The notes under the pieces: model-generated | Seen by the model: the letters and a program-made list of their open reading frames with translations, nothing else | What the model was told of the DNA's origin: nothing | Database searches by the model: none | Shown: in pieces, positions 27,775-35,753 of the stretch | Layout of the letters: every line of letters starts with the position of its first letter | How positions within the stretch are numbered: position 1 is the first letter of the stretch | Program-made: the position numbers and the translations under genes | Origin: Planctomycetota bacterium | GTDB lineage: Bacteria > Planctomycetota > Planctomycetia > Pirellulales > UBA1268 | DNA length: 35,753 nucleotides | NCBI GenBank assembly: GCA_016872955.1 | Contig: VGYP01000002.1 | Span: 1 to 35,753 of the forward strand | Direction: 5' to 3'

Positions 27775-27981
27775 GGAAGACCTGCGAAAACCACCGCGTT
27801 TCGACCGGTCGCGATCGTGGCCAGACGTCCGGGATCACGCCGGCCACGGACAGCGAGTGGACGGCGGAACGACGCGGCCGTGGTGCCGGGCCTCGCCGGC
27901 AGGACCGCGGGACTTTCCAAACCCGGGCTTCCGTCGACAATAGCGGTCCGCTCACGAGCCCGCCCCGTGCGTCGAGGCCTC

Positions 27982-29490
27982 ATGTCCGATCACCAGCCAC
28001 CACCATCCGCCGCGGCCGACGCCCCGCGGGGCACCGCCAGGCAGCTCGAACAGGCCCGCCGGGACAAGCTCGCGAAACTCGCCTCTATGGGAATCGATCC
28101 GTGGGGCGGACGGTTCGACAGGGCGACGGCGATCGCCGCCGTGCGAGACGCGGGTGACGCCGTCGGCCGGGAGGCGGAAGACGGGCCCACGGTGCGGGTG
28201 GCGGGGCGGATCATGCTTCAGCGGACCGCCGGCAGCCTCGTGTTCCTGTCGCTCGCCGATCGCACGGGCCGAATTCAGATCATGCTCGGCAAGAAGCAGG
28301 TGGGGCCAGACGACTGGGAGGTGACGCGCTGCCTCGACCTCGGCGACCTCGTCGGCGTCGACGGCCGGCTGGGCTGGTCGAAGACGGGAGAGATGACGGT
28401 GTTCGCCAGCAACGTCACCTTCCTCGCCAAGAGTATCGAGACGCCTCCCGACAAGTACCACGGCCTAGTCGATCCCGAACTCCGCCAGCGGATGCGGTAT
28501 CTCGACCTGATTCACGGCGAGGGGGTGCGGGAGCGGTTCGTCGCCCGCAGCCGGATCATCGAGGCGGTGCGACGGGTGCTCACCGACCGGGGCTACATGG
28601 AGGTGGAAGGGCCGACGCTGCAGGACAGCGCCGGGGGCGCTGCGGCCCGGCCCTTCAAGACCCACCACAACGCGCTGGACATGCCGCTGGTGCTGCGGAT
28701 CGCCCTGGAACTGCACCTCAAGCGGCTGCTCGTCGGCGGCCTGGAGCGAGTGTTCGAACTCGGCCGCGTGTACCGCAATGAGGGCGTCAGCCCGCGCCAC
28801 AATCCGGAGTTCACGATGCTCGAGGCCTATGAGGCCTACGGCGACTACACCACCATGATGGATCTCACCGAGGCGATCATCCTGGAGGCGGCGCGGGCCG
28901 CGGGCACGCCCGGCCGCTTCGAGTGGATGGGCCACGCGGTCGACCTCACGCCCCCGTTTCGTCGCGCCACCTACGTCGACCTGCTGCGGGAGGTGACCGG
29001 CTGCGATCCCACCGACCCGGCCAGCGTGGCCACGGCCGCCGCCAGGGTCGGCATCGAGACGGCCGGCCGGCACCCCGACGTCGTCAAAAGCGAGCTCTTC
29101 GAGGCCACGGTGGAGGGGACGCTGGCCGGACCGGTGTTCGTGCTCGATTATCCTGCGGCGGTCTGCCCGCTGACGAAGCGGAAGGCCGGCCAGCCGCACG
29201 TCGCCGAACGCTTCGAGCTGTACGTGGCCGGCATGGAGCTGGCTAACGCCTACACCGAACTCAACGACCCCGACCTGCAGGAGGAACTCTTCCGCACACA
29301 GTTGGCGGGCCTCGCGGCCGAGGAGTCGATGGCCCGGATGGACACCGACTTCATCCGCGCGCTCCGCCACGGTATGCCACCCGCCGGCGGTCTGGGGATC
29401 GGCATCGACCGGCTGGTGATGTTCCTCACCGGCGCCGCGAGCATCCGCGACGTCATCCTGTTTCCGATCCACCGGCCGCGGGCGGAGTGA
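27982..29490 (+). CDS. lysS: Lysine--tRNA ligase (class II)
   Basis: ATG 27982 gives MSDHQPPP...QLEQARRDKLAKLASMGIDPWG. Further motifs: RVAGRIMLQRTAGSLVFLSLADRTG, FELGRVYRNEG, FTMLEAYEAY, FELYVAGMELANAYTELNDP, PPAGGLGIGIDRLVM. Confidence 0.92.
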   Translation: MSDHQPPPSAAADAPRGTARQLEQARRDKLAKLASMGIDPWGGRFDRATAIAAVRDAGDAVGREAEDGPTVRVAGRIMLQRTAGSLVFLSLADRTGRIQIMLGKKQVGPDDWEVTRCLDLGDLVGVDGRLGWSKTGEMTVFASNVTFLAKSIETPPDKYHGLVDPELRQRMRYLDLIHGEGVRERFVARSRIIEAVRRVLTDRGYMEVEGPTLQDSAGGAAARPFKTHHNALDMPLVLRIALELHLKRLLVGGLERVFELGRVYRNEGVSPRHNPEFTMLEAYEAYGDYTTMMDLTEAIILEAARAAGTPGRFEWMGHAVDLTPPFRRATYVDLLREVTGCDPTDPASVATAAARVGIETAGRHPDVVKSELFEATVEGTLAGPVFVLDYPAAVCPLTKRKAGQPHVAERFELYVAGMELANAYTELNDPDLQEELFRTQLAGLAAEESMARMDTDFIRALRHGMPPAGGLGIGIDRLVMFLTGAASIRDVILFPIHRPRAE

Positions 29491-29497
29491 ACCGCCC

Positions 29498-29644
29498 TCA
29501 GGCGGCGGCTGCCGGAGCCGACTGGACAGCCGGCGTGTCGCCGGCCTCTGCGTGGAACTCCGAGACGCCCTCGCAGGACGGCTCGCCGTAGACATCGTGC
29601 ATGCCGATCAGGGCGGCCAGATACTCGTTGAAGTGGGGATCCAT
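29498..29644 (-). CDS. Candidate small protein, 48 aa (MDPHFNEYLAALIGMHDVYGEPSCEGVSEFHAEAGDTPAVQSAPAAAA)
   Basis: Below the track length cutoff and found by hand translation. GGAGGG lies 7 nt upstream of the ATG. GC3 is about 85% (41/48 codons), against about 70% for the competing antisense track ORF 29552..29755. I recognise no homology. Confidence 0.45.
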   Translation of the reverse strand: MDPHFNEYLAALIGMHDVYGEPSCEGVSEFHAEAGDTPAVQSAPAAAA

Positions 29645-29839
29645 GATAAAGCCCTCCGTGGCACCGGGAAGAACCGTAAGGACTCCCCGTACGCAACAAC
29701 GGCGGCGAAGGTTCCGCGGGCGGCGACGTGTAGCGCGTGGGGATGGGCGGGCTGAAGAGGACGGGAAAGCCAGGTTTTTTGGGCTTTTTCACCGGCCCGA
29801 CCGCTGCTACCCTCCCGCCCCCGCGAAAGGCCGCCCCGC

Positions 29840-31468
29840 ATGTACAAACTGCTGCTCTGCTGGCGGTATCTCCGCACGCGGTGGATCGCGCTGGCCAGCG
29901 TGATCAGCGTCACCCTCGGCGTGGCGACGATGATCGTCGTCAACGCGGTGATGGCGGGCTTCTCGCACGAGATGCAGACCCGCATCCACGGCATCCTCTC
30001 CGACCTGGTCTTCGAGAGCCATTCCCTGTCCGGCTTTCAGGATCCTGCCTGGCACATGGAGGAGATTCGCCGCGCGGCCGGCGACGACGTCGTCGGCATG
30101 ACGCCCACCGTGGCCGTGCCCGCGATGCTCAACTACCAGGTTCGCGGCCAGTGGATCACGCGCCAGGTGATGCTGATCGGCATCGACGAGGCCACCCATG
30201 CCGGCGTCAGTGATTTCGGCCGGTACCTGCAGCACCCTGCCAATCGCGGCCAGTTGTCGTTCGAACTCCGCGAAGGGGGCTACGACACGGTCGACAGCCA
30301 GGCCGGCGGGGAGGAACCCACGCGGCCAGCGCTCGAGGGCGCGGGCTGGCCGCATCGCCGGATGCGGGTGGAGCGGGAGCGGCTGTGGCGCGAGAAACTC
30401 GAGGCCGATCGGGCGACCGATCCGGCAGGCGGCGATCGAGCCTCCGGCGGCGGCGAGCCGGTCCGCTCCGTCGATCGACAGGTGGATGCGGTGCTCGCCG
30501 CCACGGATGCCGCGGCGAGGGAGGCGGCGGTCGAGCCGCCCGCCCGGCCCGCCGACCCGTTCCGCCAGGCCCGGCCGGCCGAGCAGGGCACGCGGATGGA
30601 TCCGGCCAAGGAGCAGTTCACCGGCGCGGTGCCGGGCATCGGCCTGGCGAGCTTCCGCGACGCCTCCGGCACCGATCGCTTCCTCGTCCTGCCCGGCGAC
30701 GACGTGAAGGTCACTTTTCCCACCGCTGGCACGCCTCCCAAGGCCATCAGCGACACCTTCACTGTCGTCGACTTCTACGAGAGCAAGATGAGCGAATACG
30801 ACTCGAACTTCGTGTTCGTGCCGATTGCAACGCTGCAGAAGATGCGCGGCATGATCGACCCTCAGTCGGGCCTGGCGAGCGTGAACTCAATCCAGATCAA
30901 GCTCCGCAGCGGAGCCGACCTGGACGTCGTCCGCGACCGGCTCCGTAAGGCCTTCCCCGCCGATCTCTATGCGGTGGCGACCTGGAAGGACAAGCAGGGC
31001 CCGCTCCTGGCCGCCGTCGACATGGAGATGGCGGTGCTCAACATCCTGTTGTTCCTGATCATCGCGGTGGCCGGCTTCGGCATCCTGGCGATCTTCTTCA
31101 TGATCGTCGTCGAGAAAACCCGTGATATCGGGATCCTCAAGTCCCTCGGGGCCCGGGCCGCCGGGATCGCCGGCATCTTCCTGGGATACGGGCTGTTCCT
31201 GGGCCTCGTGGGAGCGGGAGCCGGGCTGGCCCTGGGCCTGGCGATCGCCGCCAACATCAACCGCATCCGCGCCGGCGTGGAGTGGTGCACGGGCCAGCGC
31301 GTGTTCGACCCGTCGATCTACTACTTCTTCAAGATTCCCACGATCATCGACCCGCTGACAGTCGGCTGGATCGTGGCTGGGGCCGTCGGCATCGCTGTGG
31401 CCTCGAGCGTGCTGCCCGCCCTGCGGGCGGCGCGGCTGCAGCCCGTGGAGGCGCTCAGGCATGACTAG
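29840..31468 (+). CDS. Lipoprotein-releasing ABC transporter permease (LolC/E/F, FtsX-like family) with an enlarged periplasmic domain
   Basis: MYKLLLCWRYLRTRWIALASVISVTLGVATMIVVNAVMAGF at the N-terminus, and a C-terminal FtsX module ILLFLIIAVAGFGILAIFFMIVVEKTRDIGILKSLGA. Immediately followed by lolD. Confidence 0.85.
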   Translation: MYKLLLCWRYLRTRWIALASVISVTLGVATMIVVNAVMAGFSHEMQTRIHGILSDLVFESHSLSGFQDPAWHMEEIRRAAGDDVVGMTPTVAVPAMLNYQVRGQWITRQVMLIGIDEATHAGVSDFGRYLQHPANRGQLSFELREGGYDTVDSQAGGEEPTRPALEGAGWPHRRMRVERERLWREKLEADRATDPAGGDRASGGGEPVRSVDRQVDAVLAATDAAAREAAVEPPARPADPFRQARPAEQGTRMDPAKEQFTGAVPGIGLASFRDASGTDRFLVLPGDDVKVTFPTAGTPPKAISDTFTVVDFYESKMSEYDSNFVFVPIATLQKMRGMIDPQSGLASVNSIQIKLRSGADLDVVRDRLRKAFPADLYAVATWKDKQGPLLAAVDMEMAVLNILLFLIIAVAGFGILAIFFMIVVEKTRDIGILKSLGARAAGIAGIFLGYGLFLGLVGAGAGLALGLAIAANINRIRAGVEWCTGQRVFDPSIYYFFKIPTIIDPLTVGWIVAGAVGIAVASSVLPALRAARLQPVEALRHD

Positions 31469-32207
31469 CGCTACGCTCGAGAGCCCCGGCGCCGTCGCCG
31501 TGCCGGCCCCGCCGGCCAGCCTGCTCACCGTGCGGTCGCTGCGGAAGCGATATCGCTCCGGCGACAAGGTGCTGGAGGTGCTACGGGGCGTCGACTTCGA
31601 CCTGGCGCCAGGGGAGTTCGTGTCGGTGATCGGCCAGAGCGGCTCCGGGAAGAGCACGCTGTTGCACCTGATGGGCCTGCTCGACGGGGCCGATGCCGGC
31701 AGCGTGCACCTCGCCGGCCGGCGGATCGACGACCTGCCGGGCCGCGACCGCGACCGACTGCGGAACACCGATATCGGGATGGTGTTCCAGGCCTATCACC
31801 TGCTGCCCGAACTGACCGCCCTTGAGAACGTGCTGGCGCCCCTGATGGTGCGACATGGCCTGTGGGCCTGGTGCCGCGAACGCTCGGAGGCCCGGCGGCA
31901 GGCGACCGACCTGCTCAAGCGATTCGGCCTCGGCGAGCGTCTCCACCACAAGCCGCGGCAGCTCTCCGGCGGGGAGATGCAGCGGGTGGCGATCGCCCGG
32001 GCGCTCGTGGGCGGCCCCCGGCTCCTGCTGGCCGACGAGCCGACCGGCAATCTCGACGCCGAAAGCGGGGGCGGCATCCTCGACGTGCTCGCCGCGTTGA
32101 ACCGCTCCGAGGGGCTTTCTATAGTGCTCGTCACCCACGACGCGTCGATCGCCAGGCGTGCCGATCGGATCGTGCGGCTGGTGGCCGGACGCGTCGAGAC
32201 GGCCTGA
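31461..32207 (+). CDS. lolD: Lipoprotein-releasing system ATP-binding protein
   Basis: GQSGSGKSTLLHLMGLLD, LSGGEMQRVAIARAL, LLLADEPTGNLD. It has an 8-nt overlap with the permease gene. Confidence 0.88.
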   Translation: MTSATLESPGAVAVPAPPASLLTVRSLRKRYRSGDKVLEVLRGVDFDLAPGEFVSVIGQSGSGKSTLLHLMGLLDGADAGSVHLAGRRIDDLPGRDRDRLRNTDIGMVFQAYHLLPELTALENVLAPLMVRHGLWAWCRERSEARRQATDLLKRFGLGERLHHKPRQLSGGEMQRVAIARALVGGPRLLLADEPTGNLDAESGGGILDVLAALNRSEGLSIVLVTHDASIARRADRIVRLVAGRVETA

Positions 32208-32253
32208 CGCTCCCGGGCTCGTAGGCCCGTTTCCTTACGCCTCCGGTGCCCCG

Positions 32254-33126
32254 ATGCCGCGGATGATCTTCATGAACGACTCGCTCGTGCCGGAGCACGA
32301 GGCGAAGGTCAGCGTCTTCGATCACGGTCTGCTCTACGGCGACGGCGTGTTCGAGGGGTTGCGGAGCTACGGCGGCCGGGTGTTCCGGCTCGATGCCCAC
32401 CTCGACCGGCTCTATGCCAGCGGCCGCGCGATCTGCCTGGCAATCCCGCTCGCCAAGCCGGCCATGGCCAAGGCCGTGGTCGACACCCTCGCCGCCAACA
32501 ACCTCGCCGACGGCTACGTACGGCTGGTCGTGACCCGCGGCGCGGGCAGCCTCGGCCTCGACCCGAACAAGACGAGCCACCCGCAGGTGATCGTGATCGC
32601 CGACACGATCAGTCTCTACCCACGGGAGTATTACGAGCGGGGGCTGCGGATCGTCACGGCCGCCACGCAGCGGACGCAATCGGCCGCGCTGTCGCCGCGG
32701 ATCAAGTCGCTCAACTACCTCAACAACATCATGGCGAAGCTCGAGGGGTTGCAGGCCGGCTGCATCGAGGCGTTGATGCTCAACCACAAGGGGGAGGTGG
32801 CGGAGTGCACGGGCGACAACGTGTTCGCCGTCCGCCAGGGACGGCTGGTCACGCCGCCGCCCGACGCCGGCATCCTGGAGGGGATCACCAGGGCCGCCGT
32901 GATGGAACTCGCCGCGGCCGCGGGCATCGACTGCCGCGAGATGGCGCTCGTGCGGCACGACCTCTACACGGCCGACGAATGTTTTCTGACGGGCACGGCG
33001 GCCGAGGTGATCCCAGTCGTCGAGATCGACGGCCGTGTGATCGGCAGTGGCGTCCCCGGCCCGGTCACGAAGCGACTGACCGACGACTTCCACGCCCTGG
33101 TGCGGCAGACCGGGGCAGACCGGTAG
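32254..33126 (+). CDS. ilvE: Branched-chain amino acid aminotransferase (class IV PLP enzyme)
   Basis: KVSVFDHGLLYGDGVFEGLR, RLDAHLDRL, YVRLVVTRG, KSLNYLNNI, GILEGITR, DECFLTGTAAEV. The start is ATG 32254, with 32263 or 32272 also possible. Confidence 0.88.
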   Translation: MPRMIFMNDSLVPEHEAKVSVFDHGLLYGDGVFEGLRSYGGRVFRLDAHLDRLYASGRAICLAIPLAKPAMAKAVVDTLAANNLADGYVRLVVTRGAGSLGLDPNKTSHPQVIVIADTISLYPREYYERGLRIVTAATQRTQSAALSPRIKSLNYLNNIMAKLEGLQAGCIEALMLNHKGEVAECTGDNVFAVRQGRLVTPPPDAGILEGITRAAVMELAAAAGIDCREMALVRHDLYTADECFLTGTAAEVIPVVEIDGRVIGSGVPGPVTKRLTDDFHALVRQTGADR

Positions 33127-33281
33127 GGCCGTCGTGCGACCGTGGCCCGCCGCCGCAGTCACCCGCCTCGGCGTGGTGTTGACGCTGCAGAGACCCCCAA
33201 CGCGGTGACCTCTCAAGGGTCCGCCTCTCAGGGGATGGTCTGCCTCAGGCCGCAGCCGGCCGCTCCCGGTTCGGATGCTGC

Positions 33282-34030
33282 ATGACCGCCAACTGGTTTC
33301 TCGTCATCGATGGCACACGGCACGGTCTGTTCACGGCACTCGACATCCGGGGCCTCGCCAGTCGCGAGGAAATCCCTTCCGAGACGATGGCGTGGCGGCC
33401 CGGCCGCGACCCACTCACGCCGGCCGGCACGGTACCGGTGGCGTCGTTCGTGGCACGTGCGACCCTATTCGCCAAGCGGCCTATGCCGCTGCCTGGATGT
33501 CGCTGGTCTGTCATCTGTTGTCGCTGCTGTTTTTCTTTTGTGGCAGCATGCTATCGCCGGAACGGTTCCGCTCCACCGAATGGTGGATGAGGTATCTGAT
33601 CACGACCGGCTCTCTCGCGGCGGCGGTCTGGAGCTTCGAGGTGGATTAAGCGCACACCCCGATGTGGCTGATGCTGCTGGCGTCGGCCTACGGCGCCGTG
33701 ACGGCTTTGTCTCTGCCGCTGGCCATGCACCGTACGGCGTTTGGAGGGGAGTCGACGTTTCTCAAGGTCGTCGCTGGGGGCGGGGGAAGATTTTTCCCGT
33801 GCTCTCGGGTGCCGTGATCACGCAGTGGCTCTTCAATGTGGATGGCAGCAAGCAACTGATCACGTTTGTGAACTACGGCTGCATCTTGACGATGATCACG
33901 GCTGGGATCGTGCTGATGTCGAAATACGTCATGCATCACCACGTGGTGTCGGTGAAGACCACCGTCGAACTCGGCTTGCTCGCTGCCTGCGGGCTGATCT
34001 ACCTGATCGGGGCACGCGTGCGGCAACGAG
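33282..34030 (+). pseudogene. Disrupted GYF_2 (DUF4339)-domain membrane protein gene, with the coding signal split over three frames
   Basis: Frame of 33282: MTANWFLVIDGTRHGLFTALDIRGLASREEIPSETMAWRPGRDPLTPAGTVP (GYF-like), after which GC3 collapses. The high-GC3 signal continues in a second frame (AAYAAAWMSLVCHLLSLLFFFCGSM...AAVWSFEVD, TAA at 33647-33649, then MWLMLLASAYGAVTALSLPLAM...). It continues in a third frame from about 33781 (KIFPVLSGAVITQWLF...LLAACGLIYLIGARV). G5/G5/T5 runs at 33776-33795 sit at the second shift. No proper stop occurs before the convergent gene at 34032. Confidence 0.5.
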
Positions 34031-34031
34031 A

Positions 34032-34889
34032 TCACGTCGACGATGTTCTGGCACGAGTCCGATCGCGGGCGCGGCCGCCCGCGGGCGCATCCGCGAGACC
34101 GCGGTCGATCCCCTCGGCCACGGCGTCCCACAGGGAGAGCCGTGCTTCGAGGCAGCGGCGGGCTGCCGTGGAAGCTTCCGCCCACGTCGCGGGGTCGTCT
34201 CCGCAGAGCCGGGCCACGATCCGCCGGCAGGCGGGACCATGGTGCGCGTCGTCGTGCTCGATGTGCCGCTCGAGATAGAAGCGAAAGCGCTGCCAGCGGA
34301 CGGGATCCGCATCGGCCAGGGTGGTCACGATCCGGCGAAACATGTCAGGAATCACGTCCTCCCGGCCGTAGGTGAAGGCCGCGGCGATCGCGGCGGTGCT
34401 GCCGTCGTCGATCACGGCGAACGACCGTCGCACGAAGGCGGCAGCGGCGGGGGGCACGCCGGCCTCGTCAAGCGCATCCGCCAGGGCCGCGCCACCGCGG
34501 ATGGTCTCAAGCAGCCGGCCGATGGCAGACGTGTCGGCACCGGCCCGCTGCATCGCCTCGAGATAAACCTCGAAGTGCGAGGCGTAGCCGCCGTCGGGCA
34601 AGGCATCAGATTCCTCGTCGAGGACGATCTCGTTGATCAACCGCCGAGCCTCGCGGTCGGCTGAAGGAATCCAGGGCAGGCTCGTGCATGTGAGCCGGCC
34701 CTGGAGCGCCTTGAGCAGGCTCTGAAAATCCCAGACTGCAAACACGTGGTGCTCCATGAACCAGCGGAGACGCTCGGGCCGATCGACCAGGGCGTAGAGG
34801 CGGTGGCCGACGAGGTGTTGTCGAAGATCGGCTGACTCGATCGAGGCTGTGCCTGAAGGCGGGGATGCCAAGGCGGCGAGAATGGTCAC
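34032..34889 (-). CDS. DUF3050 family protein (haem-oxygenase-like fold)
   Basis: HRLYALV...LRWFMEHHVFAVWDFQSLLKALQGRLT...PWIP...RLINEIVLDEESD...SHFEVYLEAM matches my recollection of the DUF3050 signature. GTG start at 34889 with GGAG 8 nt upstream. Confidence 0.7.
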   Translation of the reverse strand: MTILAALASPPSGTASIESADLRQHLVGHRLYALVDRPERLRWFMEHHVFAVWDFQSLLKALQGRLTCTSLPWIPSADREARRLINEIVLDEESDALPDGGYASHFEVYLEAMQRAGADTSAIGRLLETIRGGAALADALDEAGVPPAAAAFVRRSFAVIDDGSTAAIAAAFTYGREDVIPDMFRRIVTTLADADPVRWQRFRFYLERHIEHDDAHHGPACRRIVARLCGDDPATWAEASTAARRCLEARLSLWDAVAEGIDRGLADAPAGGRARDRTRARTSST

Positions 34890-34982
34890 GGTGGGGACTC
34901 CGGCAGATGAAAGACTCTAGGATTGATAGGCGCGGCGGGGGCCGGGGGCCAGGTGGCCGTCCCCGAGTTGGCCCGGGCTGCG

Positions 34983-35753
34983 TCAGGTCCCGACGCGGAC
35001 GGTGAACACGCCCGGCCAGCGCCGCGAGCCGGCATCCTCCAGGGCCGCGAGCCGGGCGGCCACGGCACGGGCTTCAGCCAGTGTCCGACAGAGCGTGAAA
35101 CAGGCGCTGCCACTGCCGGTGAGCCGCGGGGCGAATCCGCCGGCAGAGCCCAGATCCTGGAGCAATCGCCCGACGTCTTGCAGGAGCCCGCGGGCCGGCG
35201 CTTCGAGCGAGTTGTGCAGCATGGGGAGCGCGGCCCGCAGGTCACTGGCGGCGAGCGTGGCGGCCAGGCGGCCCGCCTCACCCGCGCGCTCGGGCTCGGC
35301 CACGCAGCCGCGGTACACGGCCGCCGTCGAAAGTCCGTCGGCGGGGCAGGCGATCACGGCGAACAGTGGCGGGAGGGGGGGCACCGGCATGAGACGTTCG
35401 CCGCGGCCTGCCATGATCGCCGCCCGCCCCGCGACGAACCAGGGGACGTCGCTGCCGATCCCCGCGCCGATTGCCGCCAGCCGCTCGGGCGGCCAGTCGA
35501 GGCCCCACGCCTCCGCCATCGCCCGCAGCGCCGCCGCGGCATCGCTCGACCCGCCGCCGAGGCCGGCGGCCGAAGGCACCCGCTTCACCAGCTCGATGTC
35601 GACCGCCGGCTCGATGCCCGCCGCATGCGCGAACGCCATGACCGCCCGCACCACCAAGTTGGAGGCGTCGGCGGGCACGTCGCGGGCGAGGATTCGGCCC
35701 GGCTCCCCGGCCAAGTCACCCGCACACCGCACCGTCAGATGAATCCCAGGCGG
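34983..35753 (-). CDS. ispE: 4-(cytidine 5'-diphospho)-2-C-methyl-D-erythritol kinase (N-terminus beyond the window end)
   Basis: NLVVRAV, KRVPSAAGLGGGSSDAAAALRA (GHMP kinase motif), GSDVPWF, GSGSACFTL. The frame stays open to the window end (PPGIHLTVRCAGD...). Confidence 0.85.
   Translation of the reverse strand, partial: PPGIHLTVRCAGDLAGEPGRILARDVPADASNLVVRAVMAFAHAAGIEPAVDIELVKRVPSAAGLGGGSSDAAAALRAMAEAWGLDWPPERLAAIGAGIGSDVPWFVAGRAAIMAGRGERLMPVPPLPPLFAVIACPADGLSTAAVYRGCVAEPERAGEAGRLAATLAASDLRAALPMLHNSLEAPARGLLQDVGRLLQDLGSAGGFAPRLTGSGSACFTLCRTLAEARAVAARLAALEDAGSRRWPGVFTVRVGT

Noticed and set aside
27595-27981. 129-aa N-terminal extension of the lysS track ORF, and the 95-aa extension of the VOC ORF (27699..27983)
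   Set aside because: Both extensions are Arg/Pro-rich, overlap each other on opposite strands, and precede the points where family homology begins (MSDHQPP... and MTALDHL...).
28465-29595. 376-aa minus-strand ORF opposite lysS, 180-aa ORF 29250..29792, and 128-aa ORF 29608..29994
   Set aside because: They are antisense to lysS or span the lysS/lolE intergenic region, with low GC3 and odd composition. The short 48-codon frame at 29498-29644 fits the codon bias better.
29760-29800. A/T-rich patch AAAGCCAGGTTTTTTGGGCTTTTTC upstream of the lol permease, considered as an intrinsic terminator
   Set aside because: The stem is only 6 bp (AAAGCC/GGCTTT) with a 10-nt loop, and it lies upstream of a gene start rather than after one. 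It is more likely just promoter-region A/T enrichment.
32131-33216. 361-aa minus-strand ORF opposite ilvE
   Set aside because: It is antisense to a clear class IV aminotransferase and has no motifs.
33205-33250. Direct repeats CCTCTCA(A)GGG x2 plus GCCTCAGGCC upstream of the GYF gene, as a possible operator
   Set aside because: The repeats are very short and imperfect, with no supporting promoter elements. I could not separate them from chance.

Overview
Very GC-rich bacterial chromosome segment, with third codon positions around 85% G+C in the frames I count as real. It is probably from Planctomycetota. The taxon call rests on a DUF1559 / H-X9-DG pseudopilin-like gene with a G|FTLVE prepilin motif. 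About two thirds of the window (1-23548) is one large surface-polysaccharide (O-antigen-like) locus. It holds a Wzy_C/WaaL-type ligase, an atypical SDR, two WbbL-like GT2 enzymes and a divergent Wzm/Wzt ABC exporter. It also holds a WbsX/GH99-like protein with six exactly periodic 38-aa repeats, and a SAM methyltransferase. On the minus strand lies a ~15 kb chain of tightly spaced, often start/stop-overlapped genes: rmlB, two SDRs, a polyprenol-phosphate-type GT2, rmlD, rmlA, rmlC, a 1588-aa five-module protein (sulfotransferase, coiled coil, WbsX, GT4, GT2), a second methyltransferase, and an acyltransferase-3::GT-C fusion. The rest of the window is housekeeping: queD-hemB, the DUF1559 gene plus a small secreted protein, mogA, a VOC protein, lysS, lolF/E-like plus lolD, ilvE, a DUF3050 protein and partial ispE. 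Two extras are a decayed GYF-domain membrane gene and an untracked 48-codon ORF. I found no rRNA, tRNA, CRISPR array, transposase or integrase. Most long ORFs in the supplied track are Arg/Pro/Gly-rich antisense or off-frame artefacts of the high GC content. All calls come from reading motifs by eye; no database search was possible.
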